Shown here piece after piece: positions 41,632 through 50,231 of a stretch of 64,000 nt of DNA. The notes under the pieces were generated by a model, which searched no databases, had not been told where the DNA came from, and saw only the letters and a program-made list of their open reading frames with translations. The translations under genes and the position numbers were made by a program. Every line of letters starts with the position of its first letter. Position 1 is the stretch's first letter. Source of the DNA: Deferribacterales bacterium (GTDB taxonomy: Bacteria; Chrysiogenota; Deferribacteres; Deferribacterales; Geovibrionaceae); NCBI GenBank assembly GCA_050251875.1, contig JBFWMA010000007.1, forward strand, positions 105,431 to 169,430, written 5' to 3'.

Positions 41632-42879
41632 TTACTTATAAAACTGAACTACAACACCATCTATTAAATCATCGAATGTGATTATTTCAAGATCTTTATA
41701 ATCACTCATAATTTCTCGCCAAACATCCGAATCAAAATCGAATCTACGTCCCACAACTAGCCATCTGCGAGGCTTATGAACTTTAAATCCGTATCTTTCC
41801 TCGAACCATTTTCGATTATTGGGATCATCAAAATAGCTAGAGTATACTCTAGTTTGTGAAATATATGAATTTAACCATGCCGCAAATGCTTCTCTATTGT
41901 TCCCCCCGACAACAGCCTTCTTTTTAATATCAGGCAGTTTGAATTCAACAATGTCAGCATAGCCATTTGGTTGAACAACAAAGAAATCAGGTTTAATATT
42001 CTCACGATATTCACTCTGCCATTCACAAACTATCTCTGGGTGGACTTCTTTTGCTCCAAATTTCATTGTAAGAATAAATTCGTTTTCTTTTTTTGCCAGA
42101 TACGATGTTATATCAGTTTCAGATTTTGTATTATCTCCCCAAATTTCGATAAACTGATTTATTTTTGGTAACTGAACATATTTATAATCAGCAGGAATAG
42201 GATATAAGTATTGAGCATCATCCTCTACAGCCATTTTCATATATCGAAGGTTAAACGATATGGTATCAGACACTTCGCCAGAATCATTGAAATGAATAGG
42301 AAAGAAATCTAACCATTTTATCCTTCTTGATTTCAACCCAGATTCATCTGCATCGAAAAACATGCCATTTACGACTCTGGCAAATTCTCCAACAACTGGT
42401 TTCAATGCTGGTGTATTTAAACCAATCACGCTATTCTGAGCGTGAAAATTCCATCCCAGTTCTAACAATTTTTCAAGCCCTCTATTTGTTGGAAAAAGTA
42501 AATCTTCATTAAAAGGTAAGAGTGGCATAGTGCTTTTAGCAGTAGAATCATATTTAAAACCAATAATTTGCTCAAATAGATTACAATTTTTGCTTAAATA
42601 ATCACGAATTTGAACTGTTAACTCGCTCCCTTGTTTTAACTCGACTAGACTCTCTGAGCCTAAATATTCAACAGCTATGTGTGTTCTGCCAACATAAACA
42701 ACAATTTCCTGGTGATCTAAAAGGAATCCTGGAACAGTTTTTATTAAATCAGGATTATCTTTGACATATTGGTATAATGGTTCCCAGTAGTTATTATCTA
42801 GCTCATTTAAAAATGCCATAACCAATTGGTTAATAGTGGTGCATACTTCTTTATTGCTCATTTCTCTCTCATTTGGCAT
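41632..42879 (-). CDS. Shedu (SduA/DUF4263)-type nuclease with an unrecognised N-terminal domain
   Basis: C-terminal E...YL, KPDFF, IVEFKLP, Q..VY, LVVGRR and IITFDDL motifs. Confidence 0.8.
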   Translation of the reverse strand: MPNEREMSNKEVCTTINQLVMAFLNELDNNYWEPLYQYVKDNPDLIKTVPGFLLDHQEIVVYVGRTHIAVEYLGSESLVELKQGSELTVQIRDYLSKNCNLFEQIIGFKYDSTAKSTMPLLPFNEDLLFPTNRGLEKLLELGWNFHAQNSVIGLNTPALKPVVGEFARVVNGMFFDADESGLKSRRIKWLDFFPIHFNDSGEVSDTISFNLRYMKMAVEDDAQYLYPIPADYKYVQLPKINQFIEIWGDNTKSETDITSYLAKKENEFILTMKFGAKEVHPEIVCEWQSEYRENIKPDFFVVQPNGYADIVEFKLPDIKKKAVVGGNNREAFAAWLNSYISQTRVYSSYFDDPNNRKWFEERYGFKVHKPRRWLVVGRRFDFDSDVWREIMSDYKDLEIITFDDLIDGVVVQFYK

Positions 42880-43088
42880 TTTAGTGTAATCATATTATAT
42901 CTCAGTTATTCATTATCTTTTATAAAATTTGCCCAATAGACAATATTGAGCAATAAACAAATTAACAGGATGACATGTCAAAATCTAGGATAGGCGATAT
43001 TGAAGAAAATAACTCAAGCTCATAAAGAGTTTGTAGTTAATCTTTATAATTTTTAGGGCAAAATCTCAAATAAAAACTTAAACTCATT

Positions 43089-44219
43089 TTAATCATAATG
43101 TGAAATATTCTGCCAAATAGTATCAATATCACCAAAATTTACACTTTTAATTGGATTAACGATTTCAATTTCGCAACCAATAATACAATCTTTAGAAATT
43201 TCATCACTAAATAAACCAGTAAATCTTATAATTGCATCAGCACAGTGCTCAATAGATCGTTCTTTACTCCCACTCGCAAAAACTACTGAATTCACATAGC
43301 GAGAATCATCAATTTGAAAACTAACACCTATTGAAAATGTATAATGAATTACCAACCCAAGTTCAAAGACTACTTCACTGTCACTCAAACTTAAAACTTT
43401 TATGTCTATTAAGCCCTTTTCATCAATAACATACTCTAGATCATCTATTATTGATGTCAAATGCTCTATTTCATAATAAACAGAAGAATCAGCATAAACA
43501 TTTACAGAAGAGTCATTTTCGCAAACAGTATCATCGTATAAAAATGAACATCCTGCCTCAGCATCATAGTCAGCAATCACTTGTCTAATAGCTTCAATAG
43601 CTCTTTGCACGGCAGGTTCAGGCAATAATTTCTCAATAGCTTCAGCAAGATCTTTTGTGGGAGTCATATAACATGAATTGTCAGAATACTTTATCCAACC
43701 GTCATCTATACTAACGACACATGCATGTTTGTTATTTTCATCAACCCATTTTTCTATTGACAACAATGCTATAGCATCTGGAAACTCATTTTTTTTGTCT
43801 TTCTTATCTTCAAATGGTAAATCTGAATCAAAATACTTTGATATTAGCTCTTGAAGATCCACATTATTAGAGCTAATTACTATCAAACCTACACTTTCTT
43901 TGAAAGACTCAAATCTATTTTTAGCCATTGCTTCGGCAGAACTTTCAGCGAGCTGACTTAAGATATTTTCAACATATTTTTCACTTAAAATTTTATTTCT
44001 TTTCGATTCATTCAAAGCTTTATTTAGCTGTTCCTGAGCATCCCTTATATTCTTTGACAAGTGCTTTAAGACTTCTTTTTCTACTATATCAGAAATGATC
44101 ACGTCTACAGATGTATTTTTAAACTGCCCTAATTGTTTTAGTAATCCAGACTCAAGATTAAGTCCGTATTTTATAAATACACTTGTATCAATCGCTATAG
44201 CATCATATCGCAATTTCAC
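43089..44219 (-). CDS. PIN-domain protein (DUF4935/PIN_12-like)
   Basis: IAIDTSVF, IVEKEV, PF..KK.EFPDA and VVS.D.GW acidic quartet; acidic C-terminal domain. Confidence 0.8.
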   Translation of the reverse strand: MKLRYDAIAIDTSVFIKYGLNLESGLLKQLGQFKNTSVDVIISDIVEKEVLKHLSKNIRDAQEQLNKALNESKRNKILSEKYVENILSQLAESSAEAMAKNRFESFKESVGLIVISSNNVDLQELISKYFDSDLPFEDKKDKKNEFPDAIALLSIEKWVDENNKHACVVSIDDGWIKYSDNSCYMTPTKDLAEAIEKLLPEPAVQRAIEAIRQVIADYDAEAGCSFLYDDTVCENDSSVNVYADSSVYYEIEHLTSIIDDLEYVIDEKGLIDIKVLSLSDSEVVFELGLVIHYTFSIGVSFQIDDSRYVNSVVFASGSKERSIEHCADAIIRFTGLFSDEISKDCIIGCEIEIVNPIKSVNFGDIDTIWQNISHYD

Positions 44220-44251
44220 ATTCCTTTAATCATATTCTCTTAATAACAATA

Positions 44252-45325
44252 TCATACTTTTTCTACAGCATCTCGCAAGTTCTTTTGATTTAGGTGAGCA
44301 TAGCGTTTTGTTACTGTGATGTTGCTATGACCAAGAAGCTCAGAGACAGCATAAAGGTCTACTTCTTTTTGCACTAGACGGCTGGCGAATGTGTGCCGAA
44401 GATCATGAAATAAGAAGTCCTTAATCCCTGCTCTTTTGAGTGCGTTTCTGTATGCCTTCCTAACCTTTGTATTTGCAAAAAGCTGTTCGTCATCGTCAAT
44501 ATTGTGTGTTTCAAAATACTCTGTTAAACAGCCATAAAGAGCTTCATTAATAGGAATGAATCTTTGTTTGCTGTTTTTCGTGTTATTCTGATCTACCATA
44601 ATGTATTTATCAAGCATGTGGACATCAGCCCCCTTCAAAGAAAGGACTTCAGACATCCTCATTCCGGTTTTAAGGGCAACTTGGACAATATAATAGAGCT
44701 TATCACTCCGGCTCTCTCTGCATGCCTCTAAAAGCCTCTCAATCTCTTCTTCTTTCAGATACCTTGTGCGTTTATTATCCACAGGCATTTGTTTGACGTG
44801 CCTAACAGGGTTGATCCCGATGATATCAATTTCGATAGCATAGTTCAGAATACGTTTGATGGCTGCGATATACCTATTGATCGTACTTTTAGAAACTTCT
44901 CTCTCCTGTTGAAGGTATTTTAGGAATTTATCGATATCATATTCAGTAATGCTTTTGAGCTGAACACTTCCGAAGTATTCTTTGATAATCTTGAAGCGGC
45001 TCTTTTCTTTTTCGTAGCCTTTGTTTTTAAGCATATAATGAGGTGCGAACTGGTTATCTATAAAGTCATCAAGAGCAATGTTTTTAAGCTCTTTATTGAC
45101 GATACCAACTCGCTTGTTCATAGCATCATATTTCTTTTTGACTTCAAGTTCTCTGGCTAGCTTAAGGCTATGTCCGGCATGCTCCCAAACCTTCTTTCCA
45201 TTCAGAGTATAAACGATGTAATAAAGCTTGTTTTTGTCTTCTCTGAGATCATTACCGCATTTACAAATTTGGTTTTTGACAGAAACTTTTGAATGACAGA
45301 CAGAACATTTTACCATTATAGCCAT
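44252..45325 (-). CDS. int: Tyrosine recombinase/integrase of the island
   Basis: TGMRMSE (R), TKN (K), HDLRH, LLGH and TKRY (Y); adjacent to attR; N-terminal CSVC..CKC. Confidence 0.95.
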   Translation of the reverse strand: MAIMVKCSVCHSKVSVKNQICKCGNDLREDKNKLYYIVYTLNGKKVWEHAGHSLKLARELEVKKKYDAMNKRVGIVNKELKNIALDDFIDNQFAPHYMLKNKGYEKEKSRFKIIKEYFGSVQLKSITEYDIDKFLKYLQQEREVSKSTINRYIAAIKRILNYAIEIDIIGINPVRHVKQMPVDNKRTRYLKEEEIERLLEACRESRSDKLYYIVQVALKTGMRMSEVLSLKGADVHMLDKYIMVDQNNTKNSKQRFIPINEALYGCLTEYFETHNIDDDEQLFANTKVRKAYRNALKRAGIKDFLFHDLRHTFASRLVQKEVDLYAVSELLGHSNITVTKRYAHLNQKNLRDAVEKV

Positions 45326-45341
45326 AGTTTACGCCCCATTT

Positions 45342-45364
45342 TTTTCTAACCTTTTTTCTAACCA
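45342..45364 (+). repeat. Putative integrase arm-type site (right)
   Basis: Identical to 29027-29049. Confidence 0.75.
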
Positions 45365-45499
45365 CACATAGCAAATTATGCCAAAATATGCAAAAATAGC
45401 AAGAAAAATTTTACGCAGTAAACCGATATAACTTATTTGTAATATGAGATTCATATAAACAGATACAAACAGACTAAAATATACAAAAAAGCACCAAAA

Positions 45500-45544
45500 C
45501 GGACTGCAAATCCGCGTACCCCAGTTCGATTCTGGGCGTCGCCT
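45500..45544 (+). repeat. attR: duplicated 3' end of tRNA-Cys
   Basis: 45/45 match to 28934-28978. Confidence 0.97.
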
Positions 45545-45552
45545 TTCATAAG

Positions 45553-45582
45553 AAAGCCTCTGCTTTTCGCAGAGGCTTTTTT
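45553..45582 (+). terminator. Terminator, probably the original tRNA operon terminator displaced by the island
   Basis: AAAGCCTCTGC/GCAGAGGCTTT stem with T-run, directly after attR. Confidence 0.85.
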
Positions 45583-45623
45583 CGTTTAACAGCTTATTCT
45601 AAGAGTTTTCTGAAGCAATACCG

Positions 45624-47011
45624 CTACAGCTTTTTCAGTTTGATATATCTATGCAGCGACTGCCTCGTGATCCCCAGCAGTTTCGCCGCTTCGCTGACAT
45701 TCCCTCTGGATGATTCCAGAGCTTTTCTGGTCAGAACATCTTCCATTTCTTTTAACGAGGGGAAATTTCCTGAAAAGGTAAATATGCCTGAATTAAAGTC
45801 CATATCAGCTATTTTCGGGTTGATATCGTGCCGCTTCATAAAGAGATTAATCTCTTTCTTGCAGAGATTCCTTCCCTTCGTAACCATTGCCAGATCATTC
45901 ATGATTGATTGGAGCTGGCGCACATTGCCCGGAAAATTATATAATTCACCAATATCTCCTCCACGCCTTCCGGCAGTAAATCCGTCTCTTCATACCCGCT
46001 CTCTTTAAGAGCTTTGTTATAAAACTGAAGCGCCAGAATACCGATATCGTTCCTGCGCTCTCTCAAAGGCGGAATCGTTATGCAGTGGGTGGAAAGCCTG
46101 AAAAGAAGATCCTGCCGGAACCTGCCCTGTTTGATCTTCTGTTTCAGATCAATATTTGTAGCCGCTATAATCCGGACATTGGCGTGCACGTTTTTATCCA
46201 TTCCAAGAGGCATATATACTTTTTCCTGTAAAAGTCTCAGAAGTTTTACCTGTGCTCCCTCATTAAGATCGCCTATCTCGTCTAAAAAAAGCGTTCCTCT
46301 CTCCGCTTCCGCCACCAGACCTTTTCTGTTTCTCTCCGCTCCGGTGAAAGCGCCCTTAGAATGTCCAAAAAGAGTATCGGTGAACATAGTATCGTCCAGC
46401 CCGGAGATATTCACGGCTACATATGAACCCTTGCGTCCGCTGGCTCTGTGCACCGCCTCAGCGAAAAGCTCCTTGCCCACGCCGGTCTCGCCCGTTATCA
46501 GAACCGGATAGTCGCTTCTGGCTATATTGCTGAGATATTTCAGAATGGTTCTGACGCTGTCTTCCACGGTGATAATTTTTTCAAAAGCGTAACGAAGCAG
46601 GCTGGAATCTTCCAACGAAACAATCTCGCTGGATATCCCGTTTTGCAGTGAGTTCATAGCTGTCAGATAGCCTGTCTTGAACTTACTGAAAGATATGGGT
46701 TTTATAATAAACCCCACCGCTCCTTTTCTGATATATCTTACAGTCTCATCAGTTTCGTCTTCCTCAGAAATCACGATAACCGATGCCAGAGGCATTTTAT
46801 CTTTAATGATATCAATAATCTCATCGCAGCTTGAAAAAGTCATTCTGCTTTTAACAAAAATAATTTTCGCTCTTATACGGTACGCTGAGCTGATGAATTC
46901 TCTGGGGTCGTTGAATATCTTAAAGACAGAAACTCCTATCTCATGCATATAACCAGCGTATGTATCGTTTAATTGTTTTTCTTCATCTAATATTATAACT
47001 TGTGAGTTCAT
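45624..47011 (-). pseudogene. sigma54-dependent activator (degenerate receiver-AAA+-Fis HTH), frameshifted near 45940
   Basis: GETGVGKE, GAFTGA, LFLDEIG and RQDLLFRL in the 5' ORF; FPGNVRQL and GNVSEAAKLLGITRQSL continue in another frame. Confidence 0.88.
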
Positions 47012-47872
47012 AATTGAATCATGCGGAAATCAATACGCACCCTCCTTAATTTAATCTAGACTTTACGGCACCGCTTACCGGAGATGCACATCCGGCTAAA
47101 ACCATTTAACGAAAAATTCACGATATTAATAATTACTTGTTACTACTAAATAATATCAGGTATATCATCTTCACTTTCCGTTGCACCTAATAGTTTGCAT
47201 ATCGTGTCTCATACCTTTGTATGATTAAACCAAACATCATGCCAATATTCTTAGCATGGTGAACCATATTACATTATATTTGCTGATGTTTCACATTTTT
47301 ACACATATTATCAATATATTAACTCATTTGAACATGAAATCCTTAAATAGCTGTATCATTACAATAGAAGCAGGAATATCAATGTGAATATTATTTACTA
47401 TCAATTAAGTCCTATAAACCCGCAGAGAACGTTACAATATATTAAATCCATAGTTAATTAAAATTTTAGACTTTTCTGATCATTCAGAATAGGCATGAGG
47501 CTATAAATTATAGTAGTTTTACTTTTTTTTCCTAAAAAGTCCTGAAACAGGCATACATTTTGATATTACAAAACATGTCAACAGCTCAAACAAAGCGTTT
47601 TTTTAACTTATTTATGCCTCAGAGATATAATTAGAATACTTACCATTAATGCTGATTTCGCGCCGTACCCTTTGGGATTAATTAATATTTTTAGTTATTT
47701 AGTTGAACCTATGATTAGAAATAGCGGACATTATGAAAAAGTGTAAGTGTAAACAATTTTTACATATTAGATTTATTGTTTAACATCTGATAGTTAAATG
47801 ACTTGACTATTATTGTGTTACATTTTTTGTCCTAATTAGACGTTTAAATATACATTTTTGGTATGGTTTTTT

Positions 47873-47888
47873 TGGCACTGATATTGCA
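47873..47888 (+). promoter_or_regulatory. sigma54 (-24/-12) promoter of the chemosensory operon
   Basis: TGGCAC-TGATA-TTGCA with canonical GG-N10-GC spacing. Confidence 0.85.
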
Positions 47889-47900
47889 ATTAACCACAGA

Positions 47901-48269
47901 ATGAAAAAACAAATTTTATTAGTTAACGATCAAGATAATTTTAGCGACAGTCTCCGGATTGCTCTGAAAAGGAGCGGCATGGAACTCGTCTGCGATGATG
48001 TTGACTATATTGGTTCCGCCCAGAACCTGCACAAGAAATATGACTTTTGCGATCTTATAATATTTAATACCGCCCGGCTTAATCAGAAAACCATTCACGC
48101 TATTAAGCATATGGTTTTGGACAATTTACAAACCCCTATAATCATCATTGTTGATGAATCCGAAACGAATTTTCTGTTTTTAAATGATGACACAAGCAAT
48201 CTGAGAGTGATCACAAGACCTTTTGATCACAAGACACTCATCCACGCTATAACCCTACTAACTCAATAA
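47901..48269 (+). CDS. Single-domain pseudo-receiver protein
   Basis: ILLVND, DLIIFN (Asn at the phospho-Asp position), PIIII and RPF (in place of KPF). Confidence 0.7.
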   Translation: MKKQILLVNDQDNFSDSLRIALKRSGMELVCDDVDYIGSAQNLHKKYDFCDLIIFNTARLNQKTIHAIKHMVLDNLQTPIIIIVDESETNFLFLNDDTSNLRVITRPFDHKTLIHAITLLTQ

Positions 48270-48286
48270 ACGACAAAGGAGTGTCC

Positions 48287-49501
48287 ATGATGGTTTTGAG
48301 CAACAAAAAACAGGCTACAGGTATCGTTATTATTATTTTCACACAAATTTTAATAACTTATTCACAGTCAACCTACTTCAGAGCGGGTTTAGGGATTTTC
48401 ACTGCTGTCGCAGCCCTGATTTTATTTTCATTATTGTCAGAAAAAAGCGGCAGCGCCAAAGAACAGAAGAAGGATTCCGCATCTGACAAAATAGCCGAAA
48501 TCAATAACGGCATCCTGCCCGTATGCGAGCTGATAAGCAACTATTCATCTATCATGACCGTTTTTCAGGAACAGCTGAAAATGGTTATCGCCGACAGCGA
48601 GGAAGCAAACAACATCATTTCAGATAATTTCAGCGGAATCATAGCGAAAGCGGCGGCACAGTCAGAAGACGCCGGAAGAGCTCTGGACAGCTTTACAAGC
48701 GGACAGGCGGGTGATTCCGGAGATAATTTCATAGAAACAAACAGACGAACCCTCATCAAAGTCATCAATGAACTGCAAAATACAGGAGCATACGCTGAAT
48801 ATACCAACGAACAGCTATCGCTCGTTATCAACGAAATTCAAAGCATAAAAAATATCGTCTCTAATGTGGAATACATAGCGGATCAGACCAACCTGCTCGC
48901 CCTTAACGCCGCCATAGAAGCGGCAAGAGCCGGAGAACACGGCAGAGGCTTTGCCGTTGTCGCAGATGAGATAAGGAAACTCTCCGAAAAATCAAATCAG
49001 TTCGCGATGGAAATCAGAAGAGCTGTGGACGAGACAGCCGGAAAGATCAACAGAATCCATGACAAATCAGTTCAGGATTTCCAGAATATTCAGGAAGTAT
49101 CCACTAAATCTCACGAAGACGTGGAACAGGCCTTAGGATGCCTCGACAGAGCCATAGAAGACTCAAACATAATCATGGACGGACTGCGCACTAGCTCAAT
49201 GGATCTCGCCGACGACATAAACAGAATGGTTGTCTCCATGCAGTATCAGGACATCAACAGACAAAGAATAGAACACGTCATAGACCCGCTGGATATCATG
49301 AAGAGAGACCTCTTAACCATCTCTGAAAAGCTGAAAAACCCATCAGACGCTAACTTTACCTCTGAAATCCAGAACCTGAATGAACACGTTCAAACGATAT
49401 ACACCATGGAATCTGAACGGACAGTATTAAAAAATAAATCCGCAGGACAGGCGGGGGTTAAATCCGCGTCTAAGAGAACTGATAATGTAGAGCTTTTTTA
49501 A
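48287..49501 (+). CDS. Methyl-accepting chemotaxis protein (short, no periplasmic sensor)
   Basis: [43 protein letters not shown] and C-terminal VELF. Confidence 0.92.
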   Translation: MMVLSNKKQATGIVIIIFTQILITYSQSTYFRAGLGIFTAVAALILFSLLSEKSGSAKEQKKDSASDKIAEINNGILPVCELISNYSSIMTVFQEQLKMVIADSEEANNIISDNFSGIIAKAAAQSEDAGRALDSFTSGQAGDSGDNFIETNRRTLIKVINELQNTGAYAEYTNEQLSLVINEIQSIKNIVSNVEYIADQTNLLALNAAIEAARAGEHGRGFAVVADEIRKLSEKSNQFAMEIRRAVDETAGKINRIHDKSVQDFQNIQEVSTKSHEDVEQALGCLDRAIEDSNIIMDGLRTSSMDLADDINRMVVSMQYQDINRQRIEHVIDPLDIMKRDLLTISEKLKNPSDANFTSEIQNLNEHVQTIYTMESERTVLKNKSAGQAGVKSASKRTDNVELF

Positions 49502-49522
49502 CATAAACATTGGAGGCTGAAT

Positions 49523-49870
49523 GTGAAAATCGATATTTCTAAACTCGGAACAAAAGTTATCATAACTGTTTCCGGCTCTCTCACAGTGGACCACATCGTA
49601 GATCTCCATACTAAGCTGCGAGATATCATCGACACCGCCGAAACAGTTGACATGGAGATAGGTCAGGTCGAAGAAGCCGACCTCACCTTTTTGCAGCTGT
49701 TGTGCTCCGCCCACAAATCCTTTCTGGAAAGAAACAAACGATTCAATGTCACAGGGATGAAGAATGAACTGCTGAGCAGAGAAGGCTTTGCCGGGTTCAT
49801 CAGAGAACGTGGATGCACAAAGGACAAATCCGGCAACTGCGCCCTGGTAAAGGAGAAACACAATGGCTAA
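49523..49870 (+). CDS. STAS domain protein
   Basis: GSLTV and V.E.D.TFLQLL.S motifs; precedes cheY-cheA. Confidence 0.8.
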   Translation: MKIDISKLGTKVIITVSGSLTVDHIVDLHTKLRDIIDTAETVDMEIGQVEEADLTFLQLLCSAHKSFLERNKRFNVTGMKNELLSREGFAGFIRERGCTKDKSGNCALVKEKHNG

Positions 49871-50228
49871 AACAATCTTAACAGTAGACGACTCATCCAG
49901 CATACGTCAGATGGTTAAGTTTACCCTCTCCAGAGAGGGATATTCGGTTATCGAGGCATCAGACGGCAGAGACGCTCTGAACAAGATCACCGGGACAAAG
50001 ATAGACATGGTGGTCACAGACCTCAACATGCCTAATATGGACGGAATAGAACTCATCAGGGCTCTCAGAGCCAAACAGGAGTTTCGCTTCACCCCTATCA
50101 TAATGCTCACTACCGAGTCTCAGGATTCAAAAAAATCTGAAGGCAAGGTCGCCGGGGCTACAGGCTGGATAGTTAAGCCTTTTCAGCAGGAACAGCTCAT
50201 TGCAGTCGCAAAAAAGGTCATGGGGTGA
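49863..50228 (+). CDS. cheY: CheY response regulator
   Basis: VDDS, TDLNMP, LTTE and GWIVKPF. Confidence 0.95.
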   Translation: MAKTILTVDDSSSIRQMVKFTLSREGYSVIEASDGRDALNKITGTKIDMVVTDLNMPNMDGIELIRALRAKQEFRFTPIIMLTTESQDSKKSEGKVAGATGWIVKPFQQEQLIAVAKKVMG

Positions 50229-50231
50229 TTC

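Larger units (their letters stand above)
28934..45544. mobile_element. Integrative mobilizable element / defence island in tRNA-Cys
   Basis: Exact 45-bp direct repeat CGGACTGCAAATCC...GGCGTCGCCT at 28934-28978 and 45500-45544; integrase next to attR; xis, MOBF relaxase, T4CP; strongly AT-rich interior. Confidence 0.95.

Noticed and set aside
42880..43088. Integron attC site between cargo genes
   Set aside because: TTTGCCC/GGGCAAA ends and short palindromes are present, but there are no convincing RYYYAAC/GTTRRRY boxes and the integrase is not IntI-like
45500..45544. Additional tRNA-Cys gene
   Set aside because: Lacks the 5' acceptor strand and D-arm; it is attR
45624..45923. Independent Fis-like regulator
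   Set aside because: It is the frameshifted C-terminus of the sigma54 activator
47040..47125. c-di-GMP-I riboswitch in the activator leader
   Set aside because: Short resemblances fall on opposite strands and no GGCAAAC..GAAA..GACGCAAA arm is visible; an Rfam scan would settle it
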